Part shown: positions 44,260 through 54,816 of the stretch, piece after piece
Layout of the letters: the number at the start of each line of letters is the position of its first letter
Position numbering within the stretch: the stretch's first letter is position 1
NCBI RefSeq assembly: GCF_000281045.1
Contig: NW_008246076.1
Location: 1-64,000, forward strand
Length of the DNA: 64,000 nucleotides
Direction of reading: 5' to 3'
Source: Saprolegnia diclina VS20
Lineage: Eukaryota
Position numbers and translations under genes: made by a program
Notes under the pieces: model-generated
The model's database searches: none
The model's input: the letters and a program-made list of their open reading frames with translations, nothing else
What the model was told of the DNA's origin: nothing

Positions 44260-44616
44260 TCACGAAGGCGACGATCGAGGCTGGTGACCGAGGCAGAGAC
44301 CGCGCAGGCGGCCAAAGTCCGAGCAGTGGGGAACCCGGCACTTGACGCCCCCGCCGTGCACCCGGCAAAAGCCGCCGGCCTGCGACGGTGTGTTGCATTT
44401 GGGCGCGCCGCACTGACGGGCGCCGCCGTGGTGCGTGCAGAGGCCGAGGAGGCGCGCGTAGCTCCAGCACGAGTCGACGCGGCACTTGCGCCGGCGGTTC
44501 ATGCGGCGGATGGTTGGGTCGACGTACTCTGTCGACGACGCGTGGGCAAGGCAGAGGAGGCGCACCTTGGCGTACCGGCGGCAGTTGGGCGACGCGCAGA
44601 GCTGCAGCGGACGCAT
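44260..44616 (-). CDS. WRKY19-like zinc-finger repeat protein
   Basis: CTHHGG, FCRVHGGG repeats; Inr-FPR-like motif at 44621-44636. Confidence 0.8.
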   Translation of the reverse strand: MRPLQLCASPNCRRYAKVRLLCLAHASSTEYVDPTIRRMNRRRKCRVDSCWSYARLLGLCTHHGGARQCGAPKCNTPSQAGGFCRVHGGGVKCRVPHCSDFGRLRGLCLGHQPRSSPS

Positions 44617-44841
44617 GCGAGAAGATGTGAAATGAAGCAGGTCGGCGACGAATGACTCAGCCAGAGTGGGAGCGCGCTTGCCACGTGGTGGCCACCAGGC
44701 GCCAGAGACGGGCGCTGCAGTGTACTGTGTATGCTAGTGATAGAGCCCTACGCTCGTATTCTACGCAGCGATGGCCTCGAACAGTGTGTTCGCATGCGCC
44801 AGCCAACCCGTACAACCTGCAATACGTGTATGTTCATGGGC

Positions 44842-46074
44842 TTATCGTCGGCGGTCGTAGTCGCGGCTGCTCGAGCTGCGCTTGCTGCGGTCGCGAGAGC
44901 GCGAGCGGTCCCGCTTGCTGCGGTCACGGGACCGCGACCGGGATCTCGACCGACGGCTGCTGCGCGAGCTCCGGCTGTCGCCACGCCGCTTATCGTCGTC
45001 TCGGCGCTTGTCATCGTCGCGACGCTTGTCATCATGCCGGTCACGGTCTGTCCATTTCGTCAGAAGCTGTCACATACCGTCACAAGAGTCGTACCGCGAG
45101 AGCGCGACCGACCCCGCGAATCGCTCCGGGACGACTTGTCGTTGCGGGCCGACGACCCCGACTTGTACCCGTCTTTGCGATCGTCGGACGAGCCGCCTGG
45201 ATGCGTCGGCGGCGCACGCATGTGCCATGGCGGCGGCTGGTGCCACGGCGGCGGCGGCCCCCGGGGCGGGTACATCGGGCCGCGAGGACCACCCTGGCCC
45301 ATCATGCGGAAACCAGGGTCCGACATGGCGGACGCGGCCTTGAGCGCCGCCGCCGCCTTCTCCTTCTCCTCCGCTTCCTTTTCCTGCGTCTTTTGATAAG
45401 CAAGCTCGCGCCGCTTCTGGAGCTGCTTGGCGCAGTAGTCCTACATTCGGCGCATGAGCACACAGAGACACTCGTGGATGGCGAAGCGTACGCGCCATGA
45501 TGCTTCGTCAAAGCCGTAGTTGAAGTAGTCGGAGATATCGACGCCCGGCTTGCGCCATGGCTTTTCTTCGAGCTGGTCAATGTCGACGTCAAAGGCCGTG
45601 CGCCGACCGCCGATTCCGAGCAGCGAGAGCTCCTCGAACGTCGGCTCGTATTGCTATGTATCAAATAAGCCACCGATACTTGGGTTGAGAAGGGCGTACG
45701 TCGCCAGGGTTGCGCGGCTGCAGCGGCGGCGTGCTCAGCGGATGCTCGTCGCGCACGTACTGGTTGCCACCGCGCACGAAGCGGAGCTTGCTCGACTTGG
45801 ATGGCGACTCTTCCGTTTCTTTGAGCACGATCGCGATGCCTTCGTCCTCATCCTCATCGTCGTCCTCGTCCTCGTCGTCTTGGGCGGCGGTGGCCTCGGC
45901 GGCACCAGCAGCGGCGTCCGTCACGGTCACGGTCCCGTACAGCGGCTCGTCGTCTTCCTCTTCTTCGTCATCGACGACGATAGCCGGCGCCTCGGCGCGG
46001 GCCGTGGGCGCGGCCGTGGGCGCGGCCGTGGGCAGGACGTCGTCGCCGAACTCTTCGTCGTACTCTTCGTCCAT
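44842..46074 (-). CDS. FIP1: Pre-mRNA 3'-end processing factor FIP1-like
   Basis: Acidic N-terminus; Fip1 motif [31 protein letters not shown]; Pro-rich and RD/RS-rich C-terminus; 3 introns. Confidence 0.93.
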
Positions 46075-46852
46075 GCTGCTGCTGCTCGACCGCGGGATCG
46101 ATCGAGTCCGGTACCCCTGGTCCAAACCTGTCACACTGCATACGCGTATCACATTAAAGAGGTTTATCGGTGCCAGCGTATTCCCTTGATACAAGAACAC
46201 GTTAGTCCATTTTATTGCAGCATACAAAAACCAAGACATTCACCTCGGTTCTGCGGGCCGTCCAGACAGCGCCACGCGATCGCAGTGCAAGCACAGACCT
46301 ACTGCCTCTACCCCTATATATGAGGTCGATGCTGCGGCACGTCTCTTCGCAGTCGACGTCAGGGACCTATATCGGTGTTGCGCCCGCTAAAAAATATCCA
46401 AAATATTACATCGTGACCAATCTACATGAAATAGTGTTATGTGGTACCCTTGAATCCTTTTTTCTTGGCACCGAAGGCTGCCTGCGGCCTGCGCGCACAT
46501 TCTATCAATGCAGTAACGCATGGGCATATCCTAGTCATGGCCAGCAGCCCGCCAAACGCTTGCACGGGTCGATGCGGGCGCTGGGGGATGGACACACTAT
46601 TTCGGGTGAAGTGCAAGAGCCAATCGGGGGGCGGGATATCCGTACAAATCGGCGTATCCGGCGCCGTCCTATTGTTGGTGGTCCGCGGTCCAAGTATTGG
46701 TGACCAATCAATTGGAGCGAATCCGGGCGGTGGCAACCGGGGTCATTTACTTTCGTAAAACCTTCTTTGCTTCAGGTAGACGACGTCATGGGCAAGGCGC
46801 CATGGAGATGCGAGAGGCAGGATGATGCTGAGCTGTATGTGTGTGTAGTAAG

Positions 46853-47335
46853 ATGCCCCACTCCTTTGGTACCCGCGCGCGCACGCGCCACATGTTCGCC
46901 CGCTCGTTCCGCCAGCGCGGTATGATCAAGATGTCGACGTACCTTCGCACGTTCAAGGTCGGCGACTACGTCGATGTCAAGGCCAACGGCGCGGTCCACA
47001 AGGGCATGCCCCACAAGTTCTACCACGGCCGCACCGGCCGCGTGTACAACGTGACGAAGCGCGCCGTCGGCGTCCGCGTCAACAAGGTGGTCGGCAACCG
47101 CATCATCCACAAGCACATCAACGTGCGCGTGGAGCACGTGCACGCCTCCAAGTGCCGCCAGGATTTCCTCGACCGCGTCAAGGCCAACGAAATCAAGAAG
47201 AAGGAGGCCCGCGTCACGGGTGTCCGCCTCCAGATCAAGCGTCTGCCCGCGCAGCCCAAGGGCGCCTACACCTTGAAGACCAAGGGTGTGATCCCCACGA
47301 CGCTCGCGCCCCAGCCCTTCGTCGACCTCATGTAA
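46853..47335 (+). CDS. RPL21: 60S ribosomal protein L21 / eL21
   Basis: GTRARTRHMFAR, VHKGMPHKFYHGRTG, VRVEHV. Confidence 0.99.
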   Translation: MPHSFGTRARTRHMFARSFRQRGMIKMSTYLRTFKVGDYVDVKANGAVHKGMPHKFYHGRTGRVYNVTKRAVGVRVNKVVGNRIIHKHINVRVEHVHASKCRQDFLDRVKANEIKKKEARVTGVRLQIKRLPAQPKGAYTLKTKGVIPTTLAPQPFVDLM

Positions 47336-48707
47336 ATTGAGTTTGGCGACGATCGAAAGGGTTGGGTGTAGCCACGGCCGCACGCAAAGCAGGAAGGAGA
47401 GCACGACTGCAACCGTAAACACGAACTTGCGTTTTGCGATAACACTACTTATGTCCACCACGCGTCCCTGTCCTCAGTCGACCTGCCCGAGAGACCCTCC
47501 TGCGCGTCGGCCTCATCGCTCGCACGGTGACGAGTGTACTTATGAACGGGCGCATCCCACACTGCCGAGGCCACGAGCAATGGGCGAGAGCGACCATGGG
47601 AGCTCCTGACGCATCGCTGGTTACTCGTACACGCCAATGGCCAAGGCTGTGGGCCATGGGCGATCTACACCGAAAGAGATTACGACTGTGGGCCGACAAG
47701 CGGCGGCCAAGGACCCGTAGTGCTACCCACCACGCTTCAGAGGTTTGGACGCTGGTCTGTTCAAGGCCAAGGCTCACCACGCCGTACCTCGGCAGTGGCA
47801 ACATCCTAATCGACAGCACCCCTTCTCGCAGCACATGACCGGCAAAGTCGCTGGGTGCCTCCATAGCACAGCGAGCGCAGCCGCGACGTCGTGGTCGCAT
47901 GGACAAGCGCTACTGCTGCATCGCGCGAGTCGTAGCACGCTTCCTGGATATGCGCACTAAGATCTGGATCGCTTGAAGCTCTGGATCGTGGTCGTCCAAG
48001 CTTATTTGCCGCTTGATCGTCGTCGTCCGTCGCGGCAACTGCGGCCACCCGCTGCGAAATGCGTCGGCCGTGGCGCCCGGATATGCGACCGAGTGATATT
48101 CTGTGGTCGCTATCACCTCTCACGCCGCTGTTTTGGACCCCCCACCCCGCCCCGACACGCTCGATTGGCTCAGTTTAATACATCTGGCCGGCCACGACCC
48201 CATATCGCCTCGCTCTCGAGGGACTCAGCACAGAATCGGTCGCAGTGCAGACTCGGTACACGCGAGCTCCTCCTACAGACTCGAAGCGCGTTCCTCGCAC
48301 CGCGTCTGGACGTAAACGGCAGACCACCCGATCCGTACCGTAGTATCTGGTGGCCACGAGGCTGAGCCAACCAGAGTGGGATGCACTTCTATCCAAACCA
48401 GAAGTGTGGCTGCGAGATTCACCAGGCGACGACGGCGTTGGCTGGCTTGCCGCTCATCGCAACCAACTAGAGCCTTCGTCATCTCTGCATGGCTCGTACA
48501 GTACTTGGCCTCGGTGCAAACTGCCTGCCGATCCTGCTCGCGCAGGCAGGAGGGACGGCCGAGGAAGCCGCCATCGCAGATCGGGCTGTGCGGGTTGTCA
48601 TTTGAGGCCCCCCCACCCCTTGCCATACAAACACCAAGTCATGTTGAAAGTTCAACCTGGGGCTCGTCCGGATACGCGGTATCCGGCGCCTCCTGAGTGG
48701 GTTGGGA

Positions 48708-48723
48708 TCCACTTTGGAATTTC
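48708..48723 (+). promoter_or_regulatory. Inr-FPR core promoter of glucan synthase
   Basis: TCCACTTTGGAATTTC fits YCAYTYBNNNWTTY and ends 28 nt before the ATG. Confidence 0.6.
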
Positions 48724-48750
48724 ACGTCGAGCGGGCAAGCAGCTGTGAAG

Positions 48751-51700
48751 ATGAGCTCCATGAGTCCTGCGCTCGAGACGCAGAAGGAGCTCTACGACGA
48801 GGCCATGCTGCACGTGAACGCGGGCGTCGCCGCCCAGAGCGGCGAGGACAAGGCGGCCGCGGAGAAGGAGTTCGCTTCGGCCATCGAGGTCATGGAGCGG
48901 GCGCTCGCCATGGACTTCTCGCACGAAGAGAAGGAAGCGAGCATGCGCTTGGCCAACAAGATGGGCCGATACATGACGATGATCAAGAGCCAGCGCGGCA
49001 AGGGCGACGGGAAGGGCGCCACCGCGCGCTACAACATCCTCGACATGGAGAACCTCCCGGCGCGGTATTCGCCCGTGACGAACGCGCTCATGACGTCGCC
49101 GACGCATGGCAATGTCTTCGAGTCGCTCAAGAACATCTTTGGCTTCCAGGAGAACAACGTCAAGAACCAGCGCGAGCACGTGACCTTGCTCCTGACCAAC
49201 TACAAGGAGCAGTTCGAGACGCCGCTCGCGACGCCGCTCGAGTCGTCCAAGAAGAGCAAGAAGACCGACGTCGTGGCCCCGCTGCCTGCGGACGCGGCTG
49301 AGGCCACCAAGCTCGCGATCGAGAAGCTGCACACGCGCCTCTTTGACAACTACGGCAAGTGGTGCAAGTACCTCAAGCAGACGCCGGCCTTCTCCAAGGA
49401 GCCGCTTGTCGACATTGTGCTCTTCTTCCTCATGTGGGGCGAGGCCGGCAACTTCCGCCAGACGCCGGAGCTGCTCTGCTTCCTCTTCCACTCGCTCCTC
49501 CCGACCGCGACGCCCAACTCGTCGCCCAAGGAAGCGGGGACGTACCTCGCGACGATCATCCGCCCGATCTACGCCGAAGTCAAGAAGGACAACGACAAGA
49601 AGACACCGCTCGGGCAGCGCGCGCCCCACAAGGAGATCCGAAACTACGACGACTTTAACGAGTTCTTCTGGACGGCCAAGTGCCTCAAGTTTGACGCGAC
49701 CAACATCGCGACGGCGCTCGGGTCGCTCAACAAGAAGGGTCAACCCCAGGACGCGCCCAAGACGTTCGTCGAGACGCGGTCGTGGGTCCGTGCGCTCTGG
49801 TCGTTCCGGCGCATCTTCCTCTTCAACCTCTGCCTCTTCATCGCCACGGTCGGCTTGGCGGTCAACGTGACGCTCTACTGCCCCGAGTCGCCCATTATGT
49901 ACGGCCCGGACCTCGGGAAGGAGGCCACGATCCTCGGGAAGCTCTACTACAAGCCGCGCCTCTCGTACAACATGAACGACGACTTTGAGGTCGAGACGTG
50001 CAACCTCCCGAAGCTCGCAACGTGTCTCGGTGTGACCAACTACGTGCCGTACACGACGTTCCAGTACCTCCCGGAAGACATGAAGATGCTCATGGCCGAC
50101 ATCCCGTTCCAGCCGTGCCTCGAGCTCCTCGGCGGTCGCTGCAGCTGCTACCTCGAGACGCTCAAGGACTGCTTCTCGCAGAAGGGCACGTCGGTCGTCT
50201 ACGACCTCTCGGACCCGAGCGCGATCTCGAGCATCAAGTACGACCAGGCCACGTGCATGCCAGCGTACTACAAGGCGGCGCTCGACGTCATCAACAACGC
50301 CGGCAACGGCAAGCTCAACTGCGCCGCGTGCACGTTCCCGGCAACGGACATGCCGACCAAGCTGCCGGCGTTCTTGCTCGGACTCGTCGACTTTGGCCGC
50401 ACGGACATGGGGCCCCTCATCTTCCTCGGTGGCGCAGCCGTCTTTGCCTTGTTTGTCGCGGGCGAGGTCGTCAACCGCCTCTTTTCGGGCCTCTTGATCG
50501 GGTACGTGGGCCGGAACCTCCCGGTCCCGTGGTCGGCGTGGTGCCGCTACAGCTGCTTCTGGCTCTTCATGTTCACCGTCAAGCTCCTCTTCGACTACAA
50601 CTTCATGGTCAAGAACCTCGTCGAGACGTCGCTCATGATTTGGCTCTCGGACCCGACGCAGTACCTCCAAGTGTCGCACTTTATGGTGCAGAAGAGCTAC
50701 CACAACATCATCTACATCGTGTTCCTCTGGCTGCCGGCGGTCATCGTCTTCTTCTACGACTGCCAGATCTTCTACGCCATGTTCTCGGTCGTCTTTGGCT
50801 CGATCCGCGGCTTCAACCTCCGCATTGGCGAGCTCCGCTCGTTCCGCATCTTGCGCCAAGCGTTCAAGTCGATTCCCAAGATGTTCAACAAGAAGCTCGT
50901 GCCCAATGACGCCGAGGTCGAGGTCTCGAAGGCCAAGCAGGAAGAGAAGAAGAAGAAGGTGTCGGCCAAGGAGAAGGAGGCCGCCGAAGAGCACGCGCTC
51001 GAGATCAAGGCGCAGCTGTACCAAGGCGGGGACGCGCTCACCAACATCTCGATGCACAAGTCGTTCGGGCACGTCTCTGGTATTGACGGCAAGGAGTTTG
51101 AGCGCGTGTACCCGTTCGCGATGGCGTGGAACCGCTGTCTGAGCTCGATGCGCGAGGCCGACGTCATCAACAACCGCGAACTCAACGTGTTGAGCTACCT
51201 CATCGACGGCCACGACACGGACGAAGCCCGCTTGTATCCGCCGGCGTTCCTCACGGCCGGGAAGCTCGACGAGTCCCTCGACATCATCTCCGACTGCGCG
51301 GCCATCTACGACAAGCTCAAGAGCGACAAGAAGAAGGAGTCGGCGCTCGACAAGGTCGAAGCCGCGATGCGCGAGCGTCTCAAGAAGGACGACTTGCGCA
51401 TCGAAGCCTGCCTCGGCTCGTACAAGTTTACGGTCCGCGTCCTCAAGGTGCTGCTCGGCGACGCGCACGCCGACATGGCGCCGTGCTACGACTTTATCGA
51501 GGAGGCGGTGCACACGCACGCGATCCTCAAGGGCCTCAACGTCTCGGGCCTCCACGCGCTCCGGACGGCCGCAAGTGTGGCCATGAAGGCGATCGCCGAT
51601 GCGCCGAAAGCTGCGAAAAGCGACTCGCTTACGTTCCAGCGCGCCCTGTACCGCGTCATTGACGCCGTCGAGCAGCTCCTCGTGCAGCTCAAGAAGGTGC

Positions 51701-54681
51701 TCTCCAAGCAGGAGGCGCTCGCCAAGGTGCTCAACGACACGCCGCTCAAGCCCAACTCGTTCTTTATCGCGGCCGACCCGACGCACGAGTATGCGACTCG
51801 TCAGCTCAACGCGCTCATTAGCGACAAGCAGACCATGGCGATCGTCTCGCGCGCGTACCAGCTGTTGACGGTCGACAACTTTGACGCGGAGCCGCGCTCG
51901 GAAGAGGGCCAGCGCCGCCTCCGGTTCTTCTCCAACTCGCTCTTCATGGAGATGCCGGACGCGCAGTCGGTGAAGAAGATGCACTCGCTCTCGGTGGCGA
52001 CGCCGTACTACTCGGAGATCGTCCTGTACTCGATGAAGGACCTCCTCGTGACGGAGGGCAAGGGCGGCGAGACCAAGCTGCTCTACTACCTGCAGACGGT
52101 GTACCGCGACGAGTGGGAGCACTTTTTGGAGCGTCTCGGCGTCTCGAACGAGAAGGACGCGATCGCCAAGAGCCCGGAGGAAGTCCAGCTCTGGGCGTCG
52201 TACCGCGGCCAGACGCTCGCGCGCACGATCCGCGGCATGATGTACAACGAAGAAGCGATCCGGTTCCTCTACTGGCTCGAGCTCGGCCACCACAAGGCGT
52301 CCGATGAGCTCAACAAGGAACTCGATGAGATGGTCGCGCTCAAGTTCAACTACGTCGTGACGTGCCAGATCTACGGCAAGCAGAAGGAAGAGGACAAGCA
52401 GCAGGCCAAGGACATCGACTACCTCCTCAAGAAGCACCCGTCGCTCCGCGTCGCGTACGTCGACGGGCCCAAGAAGATGAAGGAGGGCCCGCCCAAGTAC
52501 TTTTCGTGTCTCGTGCGCTCGACCAAGGACGAGGACAAGGTCACGGAAGTCTACCGCATCGAGCTGCCGGGCGACCCGATCATTGGCGAAGGCAAGCCGG
52601 AGAACCAGAACCACGCGGTCGTCTTCTCGCGCGGCGAGCTCATCCAGTGCGTCGACATGAACCAGGACGGCTACTTTGAGGAGTGCCTCAAGATGCCCAA
52701 CCTCCTCGCGACCGTCGACCGACCGGAGCACAAGAACTCGCCGCTCACGATCATCGGCTTCCGCGAGTACGTCTTCACGGGCGCCGTCTCGAACCTCGCG
52801 TCGTTCATGCAGATCCAGGAGCTCTCATTCGTCTCGCTCGGCCAGCGCATGCTCGCGCACAACTACGTGCGCCAGCACTACGGGCACCCGGATATCTTCG
52901 ACAAGATGTTCGCCATGGGCACGGGCGGCACGGCCAAAGCGTCGCGCGGGATCAACCTCTCGGAGGACATTTTCGCCGGCTTCAACTCGACGCTCCGCGG
53001 CGGCCGCGTCTCGCACGAAGAGTTCATCCAAGTGGGCAAGGGCCGCGATGTCGGCATGCAGCAGCTCGCGCTCTTCGAGGCCAAGCTCTCGTCCGGCGCC
53101 GGCGAGTGCGTCACGTCCCGGGACGTGATGCGCATGGCCAACCGCCTCGATTTCTTCCGCCTCAACTCGTGGTTCTACGGCAACCTCGGCTGGTACTTTA
53201 CGCAGACGATGACCGTCTTTGGCGTCTACTTCTTCATCTACGGCAAGATCTACTTTGCGCTCTCTGGTATGGACGCGTTCTACCTCCAGCTCGGCCGCAT
53301 GGGCATCTCGGGCGTCCTCAACACGTCGTGGGCGCTGCAGTTTGGCTTCTTGCTGGTCGTGCCCGTCATTGGTGTCGTCGGCGTCGAGCGCGGCTTCCGC
53401 CACGGTATCACGTTCCTCTTTTGGAACGTCATGACGCTCGGGCCGCTCTTCTTTACGTTCCAAATGGGCAACCGCATGCACTACTTTGACCGGACGCTCA
53501 TCCACGGCGGCGCCAAGTACCGCGCGACCGGTCGCGGCTTCACGATCAAGCACGAGAAGTTCGCCGAGCTCTTCCGGTTCTACGCGTTCAGCCACTTTTA
53601 CCGCGGCGTCGAGCTCATGTTCTTGCTCGTGCTCTTTGCGATCTACGGCACGTTCAACTGGTGCAACTGCTCGTGGCAGCAGGACATTACGTTCTACAAC
53701 GGCGTCGAGCCGCTCCCGTACGAGTGGCAGGCGCGCTGCTACGCCAACTGGTACCAGCAGTGTGTGCTTCCGACCAACCAGAACTACGGCGTCATGAGCT
53801 ACTCGCTCTGGCTCATCGCGGCCACGTGGGTCTGGTCGCCGTTCATCTTCAACCCGAGCGCGTTCGACTGGGACTTTGTCATTGCCGGCTACCGCGACTG
53901 GCAAAACTGGCTCGAGACGAAAAACGACTCGGCCGAGTCGTGGTTTGGGTGGTGGTCGGCCGAGCTCGAGTACCTCGAGCACTCGACGGCGTTCTCGCGC
54001 TTCGTGATGTTTGTGCGCAAGACGCGCTTCCTCCTCGTGGCGTTTGGCTTGTACCTCCAGCTCGCGTACCGCCTCTTTTACAAGGACCAGCACACGACCG
54101 TCGCGCAGGGCAACCCGATGCTCCCGTACATCCTCGCCGGCGCCAGCGTCGTCTTTTTGATTCTCTTTGCGTGCGTCGCGTACGTGGCGAGCCGCGTGAC
54201 CAAGAAGATGACGATGAAGCAGCGCAAGCTCCGCAAGATCAAGTTCAACCTCTCGGCAATCGGTCTCATCCTCTTGATCGGGTCGCTCATGTACTTGTCC
54301 GTGACGCACCTCGCCGAGATCGTCGTCATCCTCGCACTCGTGCTCTACTGGTTCCTCCAGTACACGATCTGCCGCCTCAAGCAGCACCACGTCATCATGG
54401 TCAACATCGCCAAGGGCTTTGACATCGTCATTGGCTGGATCGTCTTTGGCCCGATCCTCTTCATCTCGATGTTCATGCCCTTCCTCGCTGCCTTCCAGCA
54501 GCGCGTCATGTTCAACTCGGCGTTCACGTCCGGTCTCGAGGTGCACAAGCTCCTCGGGAACGAAGTCGCGAACGAGGTGACGGCGCTGCAGCCCGCGCCG
54601 GTCGCCGACAAGCCCAAGGTCAAGGCCACCAAGAAGAAGAAGACGGACGAACCGACGCCGACGAGCTACGGCGCCATCTAA
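48751..54681 (+). CDS. 1,3-beta-glucan (callose) synthase, GT48, intronless, with MIT-like N-terminus
   Basis: FGFQ..NV.NQREH, WGEAGN.R..PE, NYDDFNE, WASYRGQTLART, GEGKPENQN, DMNQD, HYGHPD, SEDIFAG, KGRD, GGAKYRATGRGF. Confidence 0.98.
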   Translation: MSSMSPALETQKELYDEAMLHVNAGVAAQSGEDKAAAEKEFASAIEVMERALAMDFSHEEKEASMRLANKMGRYMTMIKSQRGKGDGKGATARYNILDMENLPARYSPVTNALMTSPTHGNVFESLKNIFGFQENNVKNQREHVTLLLTNYKEQFETPLATPLESSKKSKKTDVVAPLPADAAEATKLAIEKLHTRLFDNYGKWCKYLKQTPAFSKEPLVDIVLFFLMWGEAGNFRQTPELLCFLFHSLLPTATPNSSPKEAGTYLATIIRPIYAEVKKDNDKKTPLGQRAPHKEIRNYDDFNEFFWTAKCLKFDATNIATALGSLNKKGQPQDAPKTFVETRSWVRALWSFRRIFLFNLCLFIATVGLAVNVTLYCPESPIMYGPDLGKEATILGKLYYKPRLSYNMNDDFEVETCNLPKLATCLGVTNYVPYTTFQYLPEDMKMLMADIPFQPCLELLGGRCSCYLETLKDCFSQKGTSVVYDLSDPSAISSIKYDQATCMPAYYKAALDVINNAGNGKLNCAACTFPATDMPTKLPAFLLGLVDFGRTDMGPLIFLGGAAVFALFVAGEVVNRLFSGLLIGYVGRNLPVPWSAWCRYSCFWLFMFTVKLLFDYNFMVKNLVETSLMIWLSDPTQYLQVSHFMVQKSYHNIIYIVFLWLPAVIVFFYDCQIFYAMFSVVFGSIRGFNLRIGELRSFRILRQAFKSIPKMFNKKLVPNDAEVEVSKAKQEEKKKKVSAKEKEAAEEHALEIKAQLYQGGDALTNISMHKSFGHVSGIDGKEFERVYPFAMAWNRCLSSMREADVINNRELNVLSYLIDGHDTDEARLYPPAFLTAGKLDESLDIISDCAAIYDKLKSDKKKESALDKVEAAMRERLKKDDLRIEACLGSYKFTVRVLKVLLGDAHADMAPCYDFIEEAVHTHAILKGLNVSGLHALRTAASVAMKAIADAPKAAKSDSLTFQRALYRVIDAVEQLLVQLKKVLSKQEALAKVLNDTPLKPNSFFIAADPTHEYATRQLNALISDKQTMAIVSRAYQLLTVDNFDAEPRSEEGQRRLRFFSNSLFMEMPDAQSVKKMHSLSVATPYYSEIVLYSMKDLLVTEGKGGETKLLYYLQTVYRDEWEHFLERLGVSNEKDAIAKSPEEVQLWASYRGQTLARTIRGMMYNEEAIRFLYWLELGHHKASDELNKELDEMVALKFNYVVTCQIYGKQKEEDKQQAKDIDYLLKKHPSLRVAYVDGPKKMKEGPPKYFSCLVRSTKDEDKVTEVYRIELPGDPIIGEGKPENQNHAVVFSRGELIQCVDMNQDGYFEECLKMPNLLATVDRPEHKNSPLTIIGFREYVFTGAVSNLASFMQIQELSFVSLGQRMLAHNYVRQHYGHPDIFDKMFAMGTGGTAKASRGINLSEDIFAGFNSTLRGGRVSHEEFIQVGKGRDVGMQQLALFEAKLSSGAGECVTSRDVMRMANRLDFFRLNSWFYGNLGWYFTQTMTVFGVYFFIYGKIYFALSGMDAFYLQLGRMGISGVLNTSWALQFGFLLVVPVIGVVGVERGFRHGITFLFWNVMTLGPLFFTFQMGNRMHYFDRTLIHGGAKYRATGRGFTIKHEKFAELFRFYAFSHFYRGVELMFLLVLFAIYGTFNWCNCSWQQDITFYNGVEPLPYEWQARCYANWYQQCVLPTNQNYGVMSYSLWLIAATWVWSPFIFNPSAFDWDFVIAGYRDWQNWLETKNDSAESWFGWWSAELEYLEHSTAFSRFVMFVRKTRFLLVAFGLYLQLAYRLFYKDQHTTVAQGNPMLPYILAGASVVFLILFACVAYVASRVTKKMTMKQRKLRKIKFNLSAIGLILLIGSLMYLSVTHLAEIVVILALVLYWFLQYTICRLKQHHVIMVNIAKGFDIVIGWIVFGPILFISMFMPFLAAFQQRVMFNSAFTSGLEVHKLLGNEVANEVTALQPAPVADKPKVKATKKKKTDEPTPTSYGAI

Positions 54682-54816
54682 GCTCGTTTTGCCAATACAT
54701 GTCTTTTGCATGTCGCCACTTCAAGTCTAGGACGTTGCAGCTTCCACTCTAGGATTCGATGGCGGTTACGCCCTTATTTGAGGGCGACCGTTGGGAAAGG
54801 CCGGGCAGAAACCAGG

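Noticed and set aside
46818..46835. ATGATG..CTGA in the RPL21 leader intron as C/D snoRNA boxes
   Set aside because: The boxes are adjacent with no room for a guide; CTGAG is more likely the branch region.
48652..54711. Long antisense ORFs (1359 aa and 628 aa) opposite the glucan synthase, and similar shadows opposite other genes
   Set aside because: Expected by-product of strong GC3 codon bias on the sense strand; no recognisable motifs.
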